From Octopus sinensis (Eukaryota), in NCBI RefSeq assembly GCF_006345805.1, contig NW_021832013.1, positions 1-63,327 of the forward strand: a stretch of 63,327 nucleotides of DNA. The letters are read 5' to 3'. The notes beneath the pieces are model-generated. The model made no database searches, had not been told where the DNA came from, and worked only from the letters and a program-made list of their open reading frames with translations. Positions 53,522 to 63,327 of this stretch are shown one piece after another. How positions within the stretch are numbered: the first letter of the stretch is position 1; every line of letters starts with the position of its first letter. A program made the translations under genes and the position numbers.

Positions 53522-53735
53522 ATGCACAATGGCCCAATGTTTAGGGCAGCGAAATCGCGGTTTCGATTCCCAGACCGGGCGTTGTGAGTGTTATTGAGCG
53601 AAAGCACCTAAAGGTCAACGGGGCTCCGGCAGGGGGTAGGTGGCGATCCCTGCTGTACTATTTCGCCACAACTTTCTCTCAATCTTTCTTCTATTGGCCT
53701 GCTCACTTAGCCAACGGGGTGACGTCATTTGAAGG
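53522..53735 (+). mobile_element. Family C SINE, 5' portion
   Basis: atggcccaatgtttagggcagcg...cggtttcgattcccagaccgggcgttgtgagtg matches the reverse complement of 59780-59935. Confidence 0.85.
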
Positions 53736-53850
53736 CTATGTATGTATGTATGTATGTATGCATGTATGTATGTGCCTATTATGTGTGCATGCATGTATGT
53801 ATGTATGTATGTATGTATGTATGTATGTATGTATGTATGTATGTATGTAT

Positions 53851-55257
53851 GTTGCATGGTCGGGTCCATGCAACCGGCAACCCCACCAAGCCTGCTTGGT
53901 GAGGAGGGTGTTTATTGAACACCCTGCGGGATGAAAAACAAAACCCGTCAAAGGGCGGAGAAACTCTTGAGAGTCAACGGCCATCCAATAAATGTCTTAA
54001 GGCTGTATCATGCGCGGGGATATGGAAATAATCGGACTGAATACCCGATCATGCGGTTAAACCATTGGGAGTGAAGGACTCCTAGCCTTTGTTAGGGCAT
54101 CCTTCTAGGAGAAGGTAACTCAGGTAACTGGGATAACTCCGACATAAAACCTGCGGCTCAGTGGTTACCGATGATGTTGATTTGTTCTTCTTTTCAGATT
54201 ATGGCTGCTGTTGCTTAGTGAGTGGGGCAGCCACTATGTATGTCAAAGGTTTCCCAGTCTATTATTCGAGACCTCTTTTATGCAGATGACTGTGACTTAG
54301 TCACTCATACAGTGGATGACATGCAAATACTCATGAATTGCATTTCTGCTTCTTGCAGGGCATTTGGACTCAGCATTATCCTGGACAAGACTGTTGTAAT
54401 GTTCCAGCCTGCACCAGGAAATCCATATATGGAACCAGCTATCTTGGTTGAAGGAATAATTCTGAAGGTAGTAGACAAGTTTGTCTACCTGGGCAGCACA
54501 CTCAGCCGTTCTTGCTCCCTGGATGAGGAAATATCTTTCAGGTTGCAGAGAGCAACTAATTCCTTTCGGTCTCTTCAGTCTCGTGTCTGGTCCCAACATG
54601 GCATCGCAGGGCCAACAAAAGTTGCTGTGTACCGTGCATGTGTACTGACATCGCTCCTCTACTCATATGAGACATGGACTCTGTACAAACGTCAGGTAAG
54701 GGTCCTTGAACGCTTTCTCAATGTTGGCTGGACCTCAAAAATTCCAGACACACAGATCCTGAGAATAGCTGATATATTGAGTATTGGGGCGATGTTGCAC
54801 AAGCACCGGTTACGTTGGACTGTGGACACCTTATGAGAATGAAGCAGATGCTTTATGGAGAACTTGTGAATGGAAGGAGACTCCGGCAGAAACCAAGGCT
54901 ACGATTTAAGGACTGTGTCAAGTCCTCGTTAAAGGCCTGTGATATGCAGGATACTGACTGGGAGAACAATGCCTGTCATCGCCACAGTGGGAGGAAGCAG
55001 GTTAAGGATGGGATCGACACTTTTGAGAGAGCACCTATCCAGCATGAAGAACTTAAGCAAGCTGCGCGAAAGCGCACGGCTCGTATAGTGAATTGGGAAA
55101 GCTTGGTCTGCAATGTTTGCAGTCGTATATGCTTGTCAAGAGCAGGGCTCATTAGCCAATAACGGAGCCGCAAATGCAAAATATAAGTTTGTCCTAGAGC
55201 GCACAATGTTCCTGAAGGTCGGCAATGGTCTTCCTCGGTCACAAGTGGACGGCCATC
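53851..55257 (+). mobile_element. Internally deleted RTE (BovB-like) LINE: 5' UTR fused to RT C-terminal half
   Basis: IRDLFYADDCDL, FGLSI..KT.V, FVYLGS, LLYSYETW, KPRLRFKD and terminal CNVCSRICLSRAGLISQ zinc motif; hairpin-rich 5' region 53851-54240 with no endonuclease; (TATG)n on both flanks. Confidence 0.88.
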
Positions 55258-55292
55258 ATGTATGTATGTATGTATGTATGTATGTATGTATG

Positions 55293-55326
<34 letters not shown>

Positions 55327-55440
55327 TGTGTGTGTGTGTATGTATGTATTAAAGGATACAGACAAGAATTAAGCTTTTCAAACGCAGTAATGCCGCCAGA
55401 ATAATGGGTAAATTACCGTAACAAGGCAGAAAATGTCAAA

Positions 55441-55700
55441 AAACGGCCATGGGATTCGAACCCCCCTCCCCCAAGACTCCATTAAGCTAAACTGCCTATT
55501 ATCAAATTCATCCTGTTTGCTTCGTACATTTCAACGCTTCTAATAATGACAAGTATTAGTTTGTTTATATCTATACACACGAGGTTGTTCTGTAAGGTAT
55601 TTAACGTTTAAATCGGCGATTGAAATCGTCAGAAGGGTAGTTTAGCTTAGTGGCAAAGCGCTCAGATGGAGTCATGGAGGTTCGAGTCGCATGACTGTTT
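55441..55700. repeat. Divergent pair of tRNA-like SINE heads
   Basis: 55441-55496 (-) ggcagtttagctt...ggttcgaatcccatggccgttt and 55636-55700 (+) ggtagtttagctt...ggttcgagtcgcatgactgttt. Confidence 0.65.
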
Positions 55701-56203
55701 ATTTTCGCCTTTTAAGGGTAATTCAGCCATTATTTCTATTGTTCTCACGGCATTACTGCCTTCTAAAAAGATTCTTCATCTTGTTTGTATCGTGCAATAC
55801 ACATTTCGATGCTTCTAATATTAAGACATGTGAGTTTGTTTATGTATGTGTGTGTGTGTGTGTGTGTATTTGTGTGTGTGTGCTTGCGTGTGCATATACA
55901 TATATGAATGCTTATAGATATATATATATATACATATGCATACACACACACACACATGCGCGCATATATCGTTGCATTTAGCTCTTGATGGTGTCGACTT
56001 GTCGTTCTGTGATTTTCTCTCTTCCCCTTGCTCCCTCTTCCCTTCTCTCGTGCTCTCTGATTTTGACTTATTCTCTTTGCTTTCTCTCTCTTGCTCTCTC
56101 TCTCTTGCTCTCTCTCTCTCTCCTATTCCCACCATTTCTCACTCCTAATGCTCTTCTCTTTGAATCTCTCTCTCTCTCTCTCTCACTCTCTCTCTCTCAC
56201 TCA

Positions 56204-56250
<47 letters not shown>

Positions 56251-58561
56251 GCATACACTCCACCAACGCACTACTATTTTACATTTGTGTAATGACAGTT
56301 CTGATTAAAATTGTTCCAACCTGTTTCACTATAATTACGGAAACCTATGAGTTGTCCAAGTCTGTGGTTCAAAAGTCGAAACGACAATTGGTGAATTATT
56401 TAATGTCTCCATATTTGACCAGGAAAATCAACAAATTCTAGACATAATTACGTAACGATTCCAAGAATTATAATTGCAATAATTCTTCCTACTAAAGGCC
56501 AAAGAAATGAGATCTATATAAAGGTAGGAGAGGAAGGAAGACAAGATGGACGCCAAAGTTGTTATATGCATTCAATGGACCGGGTAACATTGTTTAATCT
56601 GGAAACTCGTTTTAAATCTACAAGACTAGAATCTGATTAGTCATGCCAACGGGTTTCCATACAGTTCCCGGGTTTCAAAATTTTCCTTGTAAGTCTTTGT
56701 TCCACTCGAAACTATGATACAAGATAAATTGAAAGTGTAGCTCGACGGTGTTGAAACTAAAACCTCATCACTGCATTGGGAATTTCTTAAAGAGGCGGCG
56801 ATGCTGCTGAACCTAAGCAGTGAAACGAGACTTTGTGAAATACGTTATAATTGGTTATACGTATATAAGCGTCACCAATTGTTATAAATGTGTAGAAAAG
56901 AATTTTACCTATAGGGAAAAAGATTCTTGGAATAGAATAATTGGCTGTCTTATATTCTGCTTCATAATACTTAGGCAATGTTCTTAGAAAAGGATCTATT
57001 CGATAACTTGTCGATTTGATTTCTCTGGGATACTTATTTTGTCACTGGCTTACATTTCACACCAACTCAAAATCTAATAACCATAATTATGTCTACAAAC
57101 AAAATACGCTTACACGTTCTCTCGTAAATACACTCACAAATATATAAAACACACATATATATATGTATGTGTGTGTATGTGTGTGTATGTGACAGTTTGT
57201 TTTCAAGTCTTATTACATAGGCGATAATTCTACGAACAAATCATATGAAATATACAATAACTTATGCTGAGTAAATACTGTTAGCAATAGTTCGAACCTA
57301 CAGCATATTATTATTTTGAGATTCATGCGTTTATTGAGAATCATCAGGAAAAGATTGTTCGTAAAGCGAATACGTCTCCAATTCGGTTTCACCGTGATTC
57401 GTCGTTTCGTTATCTTAGTCTTTGTGCTGAATGTTGCCATCCACAGAGCTTCAGCTACTCGTTGTTTTCATTCAATCTCTTTTCAGTTGCTTTGTTCACA
57501 TTTGCAAGTCACTGCTTCTTTTCACGTTACGGTTAAAATGTTTGCTCAGATTTCATATTTAAAGCATCTTTTTTTATCGCGAAAACGAAAATACTTCTTT
57601 TCAGTGCAGAGCTTAATGTTCGTTCCAATAATATATATATAAGTGACGGAAGAATCTAAGGTGCTAAATTGAAGGTGAAACTTTTGGTAACCTCACTAGA
57701 GGATTGAATATTCAAGCCTACGAATGTGGGCGTGGGTTGGCATCCCATTTCAGGGAAACCGAGTAACGGGCCTTAGGAGTCTTAAAACTCGAGACAGTAA
57801 TACCCAGGAGTTGACGTTGTTGTTAATGATGATGGAGATTATGATGATGATGATGATGAGGAGGAGGAGGATGGCATTGCCTTAGCATGGTCACAAGACC
57901 TAGTTGAAATCAATAAGATAGTTTAGAGCCCCGGTGAGTGAGCATAGTATTTTGAAAACTAGTAAGCTGCATTTTGTTTGGTTCAACTGAGGGCAATAAC
58001 TCGGAAATAAACTCTGTACACATCTAACGTAAAAATTCCGTTAAACTTAAGCTGGGTACCAACACAATTTATCCGACAATTTGTTCAATACGGATTTCGT
58101 AATTTAGTGGTTTGAGTCCCAAAGACAAATAAGATAAATCATACACCATGCAGCAGTTCTGTGAGTTACCAAAACTGCGTAAACCAAATCACCCACTTTC
58201 GCATTATTCATCAAAAGAAAAACTTCAGCATAAGCAATCTCTTTCATTTTTTTTAGGAGTTATGAACTTGCTGAGGCAACGCTATTCTCCTCCGCTTCCC
58301 CCTCTTTCTCCTGCCCTTCCGCTTCCTTCTCCCTTTCGCTTTCTGCTCCCTCCTCTCCCTCCTCTTCCGCTTCTTCCTCTCCTTACACTTCCTCTTTCAC
58401 CTCTCCATCTTCTTTCTCCTCCTCTTCCACTCCCTTTCTCCTCCACTTCTGTCTCCTCATTTTCCAGCTCCACTTCTACCTCCTCTTCCGCCTCCCCTTC
58501 TTCTACCTCCTCTTTCTCCTTGTCGTCGTCGTTGTTATCATCATCATCATCATCATCAACA

Positions 58562-58825
58562 CTTGGGTGTTACTGTCTCGAGTTTTAAGTGTCATAGTGC
58601 AGGTTACCCGGTTTCCATGACATACAGGTGCCCAAGATCACATTATCCCTTAACGGGGTGGGGAGAGGAACATTTCATTGTAGTGTTACAACTAAGAGGA
58701 CAGGAGCAACGTGAAATGAAGTGTCTTGCTAAAGGAAACACAACGCACCGCCCAGTCAGAGAATTGAAACCACGGCCTTGCGAACATGAATGCAACACCC
58801 TAACCAGTGGACTACGCGCGTCACA
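58562..58825 (-). mobile_element. Family D SINE with (GAT)n-type tail
   Basis: Head as in 23930-24195; 3' end cttaaaactcgagacagtaacacccaag followed by a GAT/GAC/GAG-rich tract (58290-58560 on +). Confidence 0.7.
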
Positions 58826-58935
58826 GCTCTTTATATATGCTTCTTCCAAAATGCTTTTTGCCACTGTGTGCCCCGTCTCTCTCTATTTCTCATTCTCACT
58901 CTTTCCATCGCCCTCTCTCTCCTCTCCCCTCTCTC

Positions 58936-58980
<45 letters not shown>

Positions 58981-59500
58981 AGTCTTGCTTACACAGTTTC
59001 TCTTGTACCTAAAATCGAGATTCTGACCTCAGTAGAATAACTTATAATTCGGCAAGGTGGAATCTATTTTTTTTTGTATACTGATAACCTATACTGTGAA
59101 TATGCTGGAAAATACACCTTCGCAATTATCGTCACTTAATTATTTACACGACTCAATACGAATTGAGCTCGCAGCTAAAGGAGAAATAAGAAACGAAAGC
59201 AAATTTTTTCAAATCTGGTATAAAATTGAACAAACTTTATAGTTTTGTTTCTTTACGTATAAATAGGTAATGAATGTTGATTTAGATATAAAATTCTCCA
59301 ATTCAGATAAAATATATAATTTCGTATCAAGAAAAGTATTGGAATCCTTACATAAAAATTGTCGCTTCAAGATAGAAAGAATCCTATAAACTAAGTGGAT
59401 TATATTTTGCAGTAAGGGATTATAATTGGTTGGTAAATCTAAATGGAATACAGACATGAGTTGCTTAAAATATTAGTTTCGCATAGTTAATTATGTATGC

Positions 59501-59543
<43 letters not shown>

Positions 59544-59550
59544 ATATATA

Positions 59551-59935
59551 TGGAAGCACTCCGTCGGTTACGACGACGAGGGTTCCGGTTGATCCGAATC
59601 AACGGAACAGCCTGCTCGTGAAATTAACGTGTAAGTGGCTGAACACTCCACAGACACGTGTACCCTTAACGTAGTTCTCGGGGATATTCAGCGTGACACA
59701 GAGAGTGACAAGGCCGGCCTTTTGAAATACAGGTACAACAGAAACAGGAAGTAAGAGTGAAAGAAAGTTGTGGTGAAAGAGTACAGCTGGGATCACCACC
59801 ATCCCCTGCCGGAGCATCGTGGAGCTTTAGGTGTTTTCGCTCAATAAACACTCACAACGCCCGGTCTGGGAATCGAAACCGCGATCCTATGACCGCGAGT
59901 CCGCTGCCCTAACCACTGGGCCATTGCGCCTCCAT
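59551..59935 (-). mobile_element. Full-length young family C tRNA-derived SINE
   Basis: Minus strand ggaggcgcaatggcccagtggttagggcagcgg (A box), cggtttcgattccc (B box), ~385-bp body ending ...cgtaaccgacggagtgcttcca. Confidence 0.9.
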
Positions 59936-60343
59936 ATAATATATATATATATACTTATACTGATAATATATACTATGACAAAAAGCATTTTGGAAGAAGC
60001 ATATATAAAAACATTTATAAATATATGCCAATTATATACGTTTTTACTATTTTTTTTGCAATTCACTTAATCATTGATATTTTATTGTTATTTTAGTGTT
60101 AATATATATAATTTTCTAGATGGTGTAATTTAATTGTTCATTTTGAATTGATAAAAGGTGTTTTTTTTTTACTATTTTTTTTTATATATATATTATATTG
60201 TGTGAAATTTGATTTAGTACTTCTAATTGAATTCTGTTCCCTGTAAATTTGGATTTATATTCACGCAAAAAATAATATAATAATAATATTAAAAATAATA
60301 ATAATAATAATAATATAATAATAATAATAATAATTATTTATTA

Positions 60344-60375
<32 letters not shown>

Positions 60376-60450
60376 TTATTATATTATTATTGTTGTTGTT
60401 GTTATGGTTGTTAGTATTATTATTATTATTATTATTATCTTTAAAATTAC

Positions 60451-60488
<38 letters not shown>

Positions 60489-60518
60489 ATTATTATATTA
60501 TAATATAATATATATATC

Positions 60519-60549
<31 letters not shown>

Positions 60550-60648
60550 TATATATTGTATTTCAGGACGCTCATTTTTTGATTTTGCCAAATAAAAACA
60601 CACGCACTATATATTTATTCTTCACTTGTTTATTAACTCATGTCATTG

Positions 60649-60690
60649 TCCGGAAATTTTTCGTTACCCATATGTGACCTCTTCAGCGAA
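60649..60690 (-). ncRNA. Degenerate minimal hammerhead motif
   Basis: ttcg-CTGAAGA-ggtcacatatgggtaac-GAAA-aatt-TC-cgga; core intact, stem II poorly paired. Confidence 0.5.
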
Positions 60691-61810
60691 ACTTTTCGTC
60701 GCCTGTGCTCTTGTCCACTTATTTCATTCTGTTCTTCTATGATGTGTATACTTATATGCACGTGCGTTTGCGTTTGTGTACGTGCGTGTGTGTTCATATG
60801 TGTGTGTCATTGTTCTTAGTAACACTATGAGCCTCCCGTCAGCCCCATCACCTCTCCCGTTGTCGCTTCCCCTGAGACCAGCATTTGGTACAGTTCCTTT
60901 ATCACTCTGTGTTTGTGTGTACGCTCACGCTGCATCCATCGTGTTGTTGTTGTTACTGCCATTATTGTTATCGCCGTTGCTGTTGTCGTTGTAGTCGTGT
61001 TGTCGATACTGTTGCGGTCGTCCGTGAAATTACTGTATGTATGTTTGTGTATGTGTATGAATTCGCTCTTTATGTTGTTTTTTATTCGTGCCCTTTATTC
61101 ATTTTTCTATTTCGATCTCTATTTCTTATATTTATCATAGCTATGTGCATATTTGTCTATTCTGTGTGTATTGTACTGTTTGTATCTTTATTTTCTCCTG
61201 TCATTGTGGTGTGGAGGTGGGTGTGATTGTTCCATTTGTGTTTCCTGTTGAGGGTCAATGTGTCTATTGCTATGTGTGTAGCCTGTGTGATCTCTCTAAG
61301 TGTCGTATCAGTACTAGGCGCAGATAATACTCTATGCTATGAACCGCGCCTGTCTATGTTCCGCACGAGCATGTTGGCAGAGCGCTGAAGAGCCTCTCTC
61401 TTCTTTAAGCTCTCGCTAGTGTTTACCTGTATGCTTACCTGCTTGCAGTCTCTCCAATGTTAGTAGTTGTCATGTGTCTTCACCGTCCCTCAATACACTG
61501 GAAGCTATACACTATATTCTTAACCTTACAGTTAACCTGTGGGTTCATTCTTCCTATAATATAATTGTTCTCCGTACACGAAGACTTATCAAATGGATAA
61601 GTTCTACATATTAGGGATTTTATAGGATCACCAGGCCATTCTGCTACTTTAATCCATAGATTGGCCTTATCTAATGTTTTTCTTAAAAGGTATGCTAGTT
61701 CGCCGCCAGGAGTAGCATCTGTGACTTTGCATTATTTGTCTTTTATCCTTTCTCCTTTCTCTCTTGTCCCTTCTTTCGTTCTTTCGTTCCATCTCCAGTT
61801 TTTCCCTTTC

Positions 61811-61858
61811 ACTTTTCTGTCGAAGAGTTTATGCTCGAAACTTCCGGAGGGTCAAAGT
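61811..61858 (+). ncRNA. Degenerate hammerhead motif (A6U)
   Basis: acttt-t-CTGTCGA-a-gagt(ttat)gctc-GAAA-cttccggaggg-TC-aaagt. Confidence 0.45.
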
Positions 61859-61930
61859 TTCAAATTAATACACTTGCATGTTGTTTCCTCACCTGTCTTG
61901 GTCTTCTATTTTCTTTAAATGTCAACAATG

Positions 61931-61980
<50 letters not shown>

Positions 61981-62379
61981 CAAATAGAGACACACACACA
62001 TATATTTGTGTATATATCTACATGTATCAAATTGAGAATGTCTCTCAGCCTGTGTCTGTATGATTGCTTCATTAAAACTCGAGAACTACCAAACAGTTTC
62101 ATTCAAATTTTACAGATGCATTACTTAGTGTCCATGCAGTGTCATGGGGCAAACAATTTTCAACTTCTCGCCTAATGCAAGCCCGGAGTAATCTCTTACC
62201 TCTTACAGTATTTTAGTATAACGCGTCAAAAGTGAAACAATAACAGCGCATTGTAATGAGGTATAATAGTTTCACTGTCATAGTTTCAATTTAAATTATT
62301 TTCACTATGTATTTATATACATGTTGGATGTGTATGTATATGTTATATATATTATTTTATAAATATATATATAATATAT

Positions 62380-62800
62380 ATTATGTAAAAGGGCTTAGTA
62401 AATAAATTACTTTGCCGCATACTGAACTCATTAGAAATAGTAGCTAAAAAAACTTTTTTTAAACCTATTTCTAATACTTAAGAAAAACCTCTCCTCATAT
62501 AGTGTTTGCTCAATTCAACTCACGAAAGTATGGGGTAAGACATTAAAAAAATCAAATGCGCAAAGGTTATTTGAGAACGTACGTTTCAAGATCTTGAAAC
62601 GTACGTTCTCAAATAACCTTTGCATTTGATTTTTTAATGTCTTTACCCCCATACTTTCGTGAGTTGAATTGAGCAAACACTATATGAGGAAGGGTTTCTT
62701 TAAGTATTAGAAATAGTTTAAAAAAGTTTTTTAGCTACTATTTCTAATGAGTTCAGTAATGCGGCAAAGTAATTTATTTTACTAAGCCCTTTTATATAAT
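62380..62800. repeat. Zero-spacer palindrome, ~210-bp arms, centre GATC at 62590-62593
   Basis: Arms are reverse complements apart from a few small indels; apex ...acgtacgtttcaagatcttgaaacgtacgt.... Confidence 0.93.
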
Positions 62801-62898
62801 GTAATAATTTGAATTCGCCTAAAAATGGTCCCTTTGCATACTGAATACTTGGTGAAATTGATTTATAATTAATAATTTTACCCTCAATTGTTGAAATT

Positions 62899-62930
<32 letters not shown>

Positions 62931-63299
62931 CTTTGATACTTTGTTAGGTTTCGGCCATTATTGGCCCAGGCCATGTCTAACTTAATAGCACCACCTGGTG
63001 AATATATATATATATATTTATAGTGTTGTGTGTGTGTGTGTTGTGTGTGTGTGTGTGTGTGTGTGTTGTGTGTGTGTGTGTGTGGTTGTCTGCGAGTGTG
63101 TGTGGGTTTGGTAGATATTTCTGTATATATTTATATCTTTATATATATATATATATATACTTTATTTAAGCAGCAGCAGAAAAAAATTCAACAAAATCTG
63201 TATATTATATATAATTATATATATATATATATATATTATATATATTTCGGAATGAGATAAAAAAAAACAAGACTATGAAGATTTTAGAACATTTATAAA

Positions 63300-63327
63300 T
63301 AGGTCTTACAGCTGTTTCCAGGATATT
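63300..63327 (-). ncRNA. 3' half of a possible hammerhead motif cut by the window edge
   Basis: Minus strand GAAA-cagctg-TA-agac (palindromic stem III ACAGCTGT); the CUGANGA half would lie beyond 63327. Confidence 0.35.

Noticed and set aside
59870-59935. Genuine tRNA genes at SINE heads (also 48063, 53522, 29762, 55636)
   Set aside because: A and B boxes are present but there is no complete cloverleaf, and most continue into SINE bodies.

Overview
AT-rich, microsatellite-saturated eukaryotic genomic DNA. The SINE repertoire (tRNA-headed SINEs with a CORE-like block) and repeat style point to an octopod cephalopod (Octopus); this is inference, not a database match. I found no host protein-coding exon I can support, and most six-frame ORFs are translations of simple repeats. 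The window is a transposon graveyard: (1) a stack of R4/Dong-clade REL-endonuclease LINEs inserted in (TAA)n arrays (1.6-8.8 kb, 46.0-46.3 kb); (2) a CR1/L2-type LINE, an internally deleted RTE, Tc1, mariner and Gypsy remnants, and a MITE; (3) about 25 SINE copies from roughly four families; (4) a Penelope-like element (RT + GIY-YIG) broken in two by an inversion with a ~0.6-kb inverted duplication. The most notable signal is a set of minimal type I hammerhead-ribozyme motifs, read directly from the sequence, with palindromic stem III of the Penelope pLTR type. One is canonical (51710-51800, minus strand), two sit as mirror pairs inside ORF-less fold-back elements (39.4-39.6 kb and 50.7-51.4 kb), and several are decayed. 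Two unexplained, densely self-complementary islands (10.8-11.3 kb and 17.4-17.7 kb) also deserve testing. Many 1-bp homopolymer indels suggest long-read consensus error, so frameshifts, palindromes and tandem duplications need read-level confirmation. Coordinates of degenerate repeats are approximate.
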